A stretch of 52,960 bases of DNA, taken from assembly GCA_000934665.2 (NCBI GenBank), contig JYFJ02002668.1, positions 1 through 52,960 of the forward strand, in the 5' to 3' direction. This DNA is from Catajapyx aquilonaris. Its lineage: Eukaryota. Positions within the stretch are counted from its first letter, which is position 1. Each line of letters begins with the position of its first letter. The position numbers were made by a program, and so were the translations under genes. Below, piece after piece: positions 49,582 to 52,960 of this stretch. The notes under the pieces are model-generated. The model was not told the origin of the DNA. It worked only from the letters and a program-made list of their open reading frames with translations, and made no database searches.

Positions 49582-51202
49582 TTACACAATTTCTTCTGAA
49601 TGTGTTGTCATATGCTTGTTCAAGCCTCTTCTTCTGCTAAATCGTTCATGGCACACATGACAACTGTAAGGTTTCGCACCTGTGTGGACCACTCTGTGAC
49701 TCTTCACTTGCTGAGATTGGCTGAAAGCCTTGCCACATAGCTCACACTGGTAAGGTTTTAACCCAAGATGAATAGCGTTCACATGACGAGATTGAGATTG
49801 TTTTGTGGTGAAGCTGGCACCGCACAATGCGCAGTGAAATTTTGATTTACTCCCTCCTGGATGGACCTTACCAGCATGTGCTGAATGGGTCAGCTGATGA
49901 GTAGCAAATTCTACCTCTTCACTGGTAGCATATGAACAGAATTTGCAACTAAATGACTTAGGTTTTGCAGTCCCTTTCTCTCCATTTCCTCTCCTCTTCT
50001 CAGTCTCATTTGCCTGGAGATACTCTGGAGATGGACTTCCTCCAGATGATTCTCCCTGGACCACAAAGCTGTTTTGTTGTCCTGACTGAGACATGTCCAT
50101 AACCTCATCTTCCTTTTCACCTCTCACTGCATGCGACTTGACACAGTCTTCCAAAGCAGACAGAATGTTGAAAGTCTTGCTGCAGATTCCACATCGAAAG
50201 AGGTCCTTATTGGAGGGCAGCTGGCGCTTTGGATATAAATATATTCAAATCAGTGACAATTAGTCATAAAAAGCCACAACAATCCCCACTTGATCACACT
50301 ATTTCTCTTACATGCGCTGCATCCCTTGAGATCTACTGTAGTTATGAAAAACTGACATTTGGTGGACATACCATAAATCACACACCTTATTAGTAGAATT
50401 AGTGGGGGAGATGAAGTGGCGCCGCGGTAACGCGCGCGCCCACGGATATTAAGGTCCCGGGTTCAATCCCCACCCGGGGTTCCCACCTTTATCCGTGCAG
50501 AGTTGGGCCATCTCTGGCTTCATTTCGGGTGGCAATTTCCGGCAGACTAAGCCACCCGGGGGAGTTCACAAAATGACGATTAGAGACATTGCACTTGCAC
50601 TTTGCACATCCCCTCCCACCCGCCCTTGGAGCATACTAATTAAGATTCTTCTTAAACTCGCTCCAAAAAAACAAATTCCAAAGGTGGAAACCCACCCCCC
50701 CTAAGGAGTAGTATAACTCCCCCCGTGGGGTAATGAAAAAAATAAAAAATAAATTAGTAGAATTAGTGGTATAGGAAACCTCTCACCTCTACCACTAGAG
50801 CTTTGTTTGCTACTTCCGCCTGTCCAGAGTTTCCTCCAAAAATATCAGAACTTGCAGAAGTCCCTTCATGTAGATACTGCTCTGATACGTAATCTTGAAT
50901 CGTAGCATCAGAGCTTCGTTCAAGATGCAGTTCTGTAGAGATTGGAGAGTAACCGTATTGTATACATTCCCACAAATGCAACGGGCATAGATAGGGCTTG
51001 AATTCAAATCTGTGAGTTACACCCAACCTGCATCGTGATGTGTCCTCTTCCTCTCTTCCTCCCTCAGGACGAACTCAGCATCTATCCTGACCATCCTTTG
51101 GTCCATCCCTGCAACGGTCATTTCCATCCTGTCAGTCTGAGCCAGGCTTCGTTCCAGGAGGAACACAATGTGGGGCAACCAGGTAGGTGGTTGGGTGGCC
51201 AT
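49582..51202 (-). CDS. G13: divergent paralog lacking exon 3 and finger 6 (ZF exon 50226-49582); possibly a pseudogene
   Basis: Exons 1, 2 and 4 are open; intron-3-like sequence joins intron-2-like sequence at ~50330; ORF ends HSEEIV*, with a VRHIHAAA remnant at ~49510-49535; upstream motif degenerate. Confidence 0.7.
50406..50752 (+). mobile_element. Full-length tRNA-derived SINE
   Basis: A box TGGCGCCGCGG, B box GGTTCAATCCC, A-rich tail, TSD ATTAGTAGAATTAGT(GG) at 50389-50405 and 50753-50769. Confidence 0.9.
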
Positions 51203-51674
51203 GTCTCCTCAGCACGAACAAGCAGGGCAGTCTTGAAGGGAACGATGATCCAGTGTCCAGAGGTCCAGAGGAAGGGAGGAAACGAAGCGATGGGAGCAGA
51301 TGAGAGAGAGAAAGAGAGAGAAAAAGATAGAAAAAATGACAAAAACTATGGAACTAAACATACTGTCTGTTTAGCTCTGGTTTCCACGGTTTCCACATTG
51401 TCTCCATGGAACCTGATGGAACTGTTCAAAATGCAGATTCTGGCTTGACCTTCACGATACCTTTGGAACTTAAAATATGATATCACTTTGTGCTTCCTTT
51501 ATTAATTTAACAGGCATTTCACGATGTTGGAAAAAGATATTATTTAATCAAAATGAGTGTTCACATGAATCAGGAGATGTATCACAATCTGCTACCTGAA
51601 AAGGAAACTCATCAGTGCATATCACATTTGATAAAACAATAACTTAACCATGCTTAATTTCATTATCCCAAAAC

Positions 51675-52010
51675 AATATACTCACATTCTCAGACAGAAG
51701 CAATTATTCTGCTTGTACACTTCATCACTCTGGATTAGGATTGGGTTATCAGTTTTGCAGTCTCTCAGCTATAGCAGAATCTTTCTACATTTCTTTGCGT
51801 CAAAATTTCAGCCATCTTCTACTTCGTTCTTCTGAACCACAGTAAATAACTCCATCAGTTTCAATATGCAGCAGCAAAATGGCTTTACCTCCACCTCGTC
51901 TAAAGTGCTGTTTACTTGTCTTTCGGCCTGTCCAAAGTTTACTCCAAGAACATCAAAACTAGCAAAGGTATTGATCCTGATGCATCTCTAATAACACATG
52001 GGTTGATCGT
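51675..52010 (-). pseudogene. G14 relic: decayed exon 3 and exon 2 fragments
   Basis: GAGAAT|GTGAG donor at ~51683 and exon-2-like AACTTTGGACAGGCCGAAAGACAAGTAAACAGCACTTTAGAC at ~51900-51940; no ZF exon or exon 1 seen. Confidence 0.65.
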
Positions 52011-52260
52011 ACTCTGGGTTCTTTAAACAACCCATGGTGTTTCAAAAAAGTGCTTATTATTCAGGTACGTTCACATGCGACAGATTTGACTAGCGAAATC
52101 TTCGCCGAGGCTGAAATTAACAATCGATTTTCGCCTCAAACAATATTGGTTACTTGGGTTACTCAGCCTCTGCGAAGATTTCTCTCCACTTCGCTCATCC
52201 AGTACCTCACATGTAAACACACTTTTATTCCTCATTTTGAATGCTTGTATTCGTTGTATT

Positions 52261-52371
52261 CAGGGATGGAAAAAGTACCGCTTCCTTCCAAGAAGCGCTT
52301 CTTTTTTCCATGTGCAGGGATAGAAAAAGAACCGCTTACCGCCCAAAGAAGCGGTTCTTTTTCCATCCCTG
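52261..52371. mobile_element. 111-bp hAT-like MITE (dimer of two ~55-bp hairpins)
   Basis: CAGGGATGGAAAAAG...CTTTTTCCATCCCTG; 8-bp TSD GTTGTATT. Confidence 0.85.
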
Positions 52372-52474
52372 GTTGTATTGCTAATGATTTTTTAAACACT
52401 ACATAACATGGAGAAACACATCATTTAAAAATATACCACTGCAAGCAATTTCCAACTGGACCTGATTGGTAATT

Positions 52475-52650
52475 TTTTGTTTGTTTTTGTTTTTTTTTTT
52501 TTTTCCTGTACCCTGTTATCTGGCCAATAAGCCATTTCTAGGGGGGTGGGTTACCACCATTTGTGGTTTGGAGCGATACATATACGTATTTCTAATTGCT
52601 CCAAGGGTAATTAGGAGGGGATGTGCGAAGTGCAAGTGCAATGTCGTTAT
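52475..52650 (-). mobile_element. 3' fragment of a SINE related to 50406-50752
   Basis: GGGGATGTGCGAAGTGCAAGTGCAATGTC is the reverse complement of ~50585-50615; T-rich tail at ~52475-52504. Confidence 0.6.
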
Positions 52651-52960
52651 ACAGGGTGCTCAAAAACTCGCGGAAAGTCGCCAGGTAGCCTGATAGGACT
52701 CGCAAAACTAATATAGGGATGTGGAAGTAGTTTTGGGCTAACTTGCATAGTTTTTGCGTACGACGCCCTCAAGATTTCGGCAGTTTCATGACGTCACTTC
52801 CGCCTTGAGGCCCCATTGCGTCATCATTACATGTTGTTGGGGATGTTGCCATTGGCACTGATTATTGGTGCGAATATTGTCAACTGTGATTGTTGAGAAA
52901 TAAACAACGATTTCAGTCTGGCAATTGAGGTGTCGACTGGCCACAGATATCGTTGTTTAT

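Noticed and set aside
50406..50480. tRNA gene (also ~21000-21075 and ~255-325)
   Set aside because: A/B boxes are present but there is no convincing cloverleaf; the 50406 copy continues into a body with an A-tail and TSD, so it is a SINE head.

Overview
Eukaryotic (animal, probably invertebrate) genomic DNA, not prokaryotic. Most of the window (about 4.8-52 kb) is a minus-strand, head-to-tail tandem array of 13 paralogous four-exon C2H2 zinc-finger genes (G1-G13, numbered left to right) plus a 14th relic. Exon 1 encodes a highly conserved, unrecognised coiled-coil module (PHIVSLLERSLAQTDRIERTMAEMDRRMARIEGFIL). Exons 2-3 are acidic linkers. Exon 4 has an atypical C-x2-C-x12-C-x3-H finger, one isolated C2H2 finger and four tandem fingers whose DNA-contact residues differ between copies. 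Eleven copies share a ~55-bp upstream motif. The array shows birth-and-death evolution (truncated G3 and G13, pseudogene G12, mosaic copies) and is riddled with MITEs, SINEs and Helitron pieces, many confirmed by empty sites in sister copies. At the left end a spliced Crypton-like tyrosine-recombinase ORF occupies the position of G1's missing zinc-finger exon, in compatible splice phase. A two-exon MADF gene has replaced the promoter of G12. All gene models come from reading splice signals by eye; no expression or database evidence was available.
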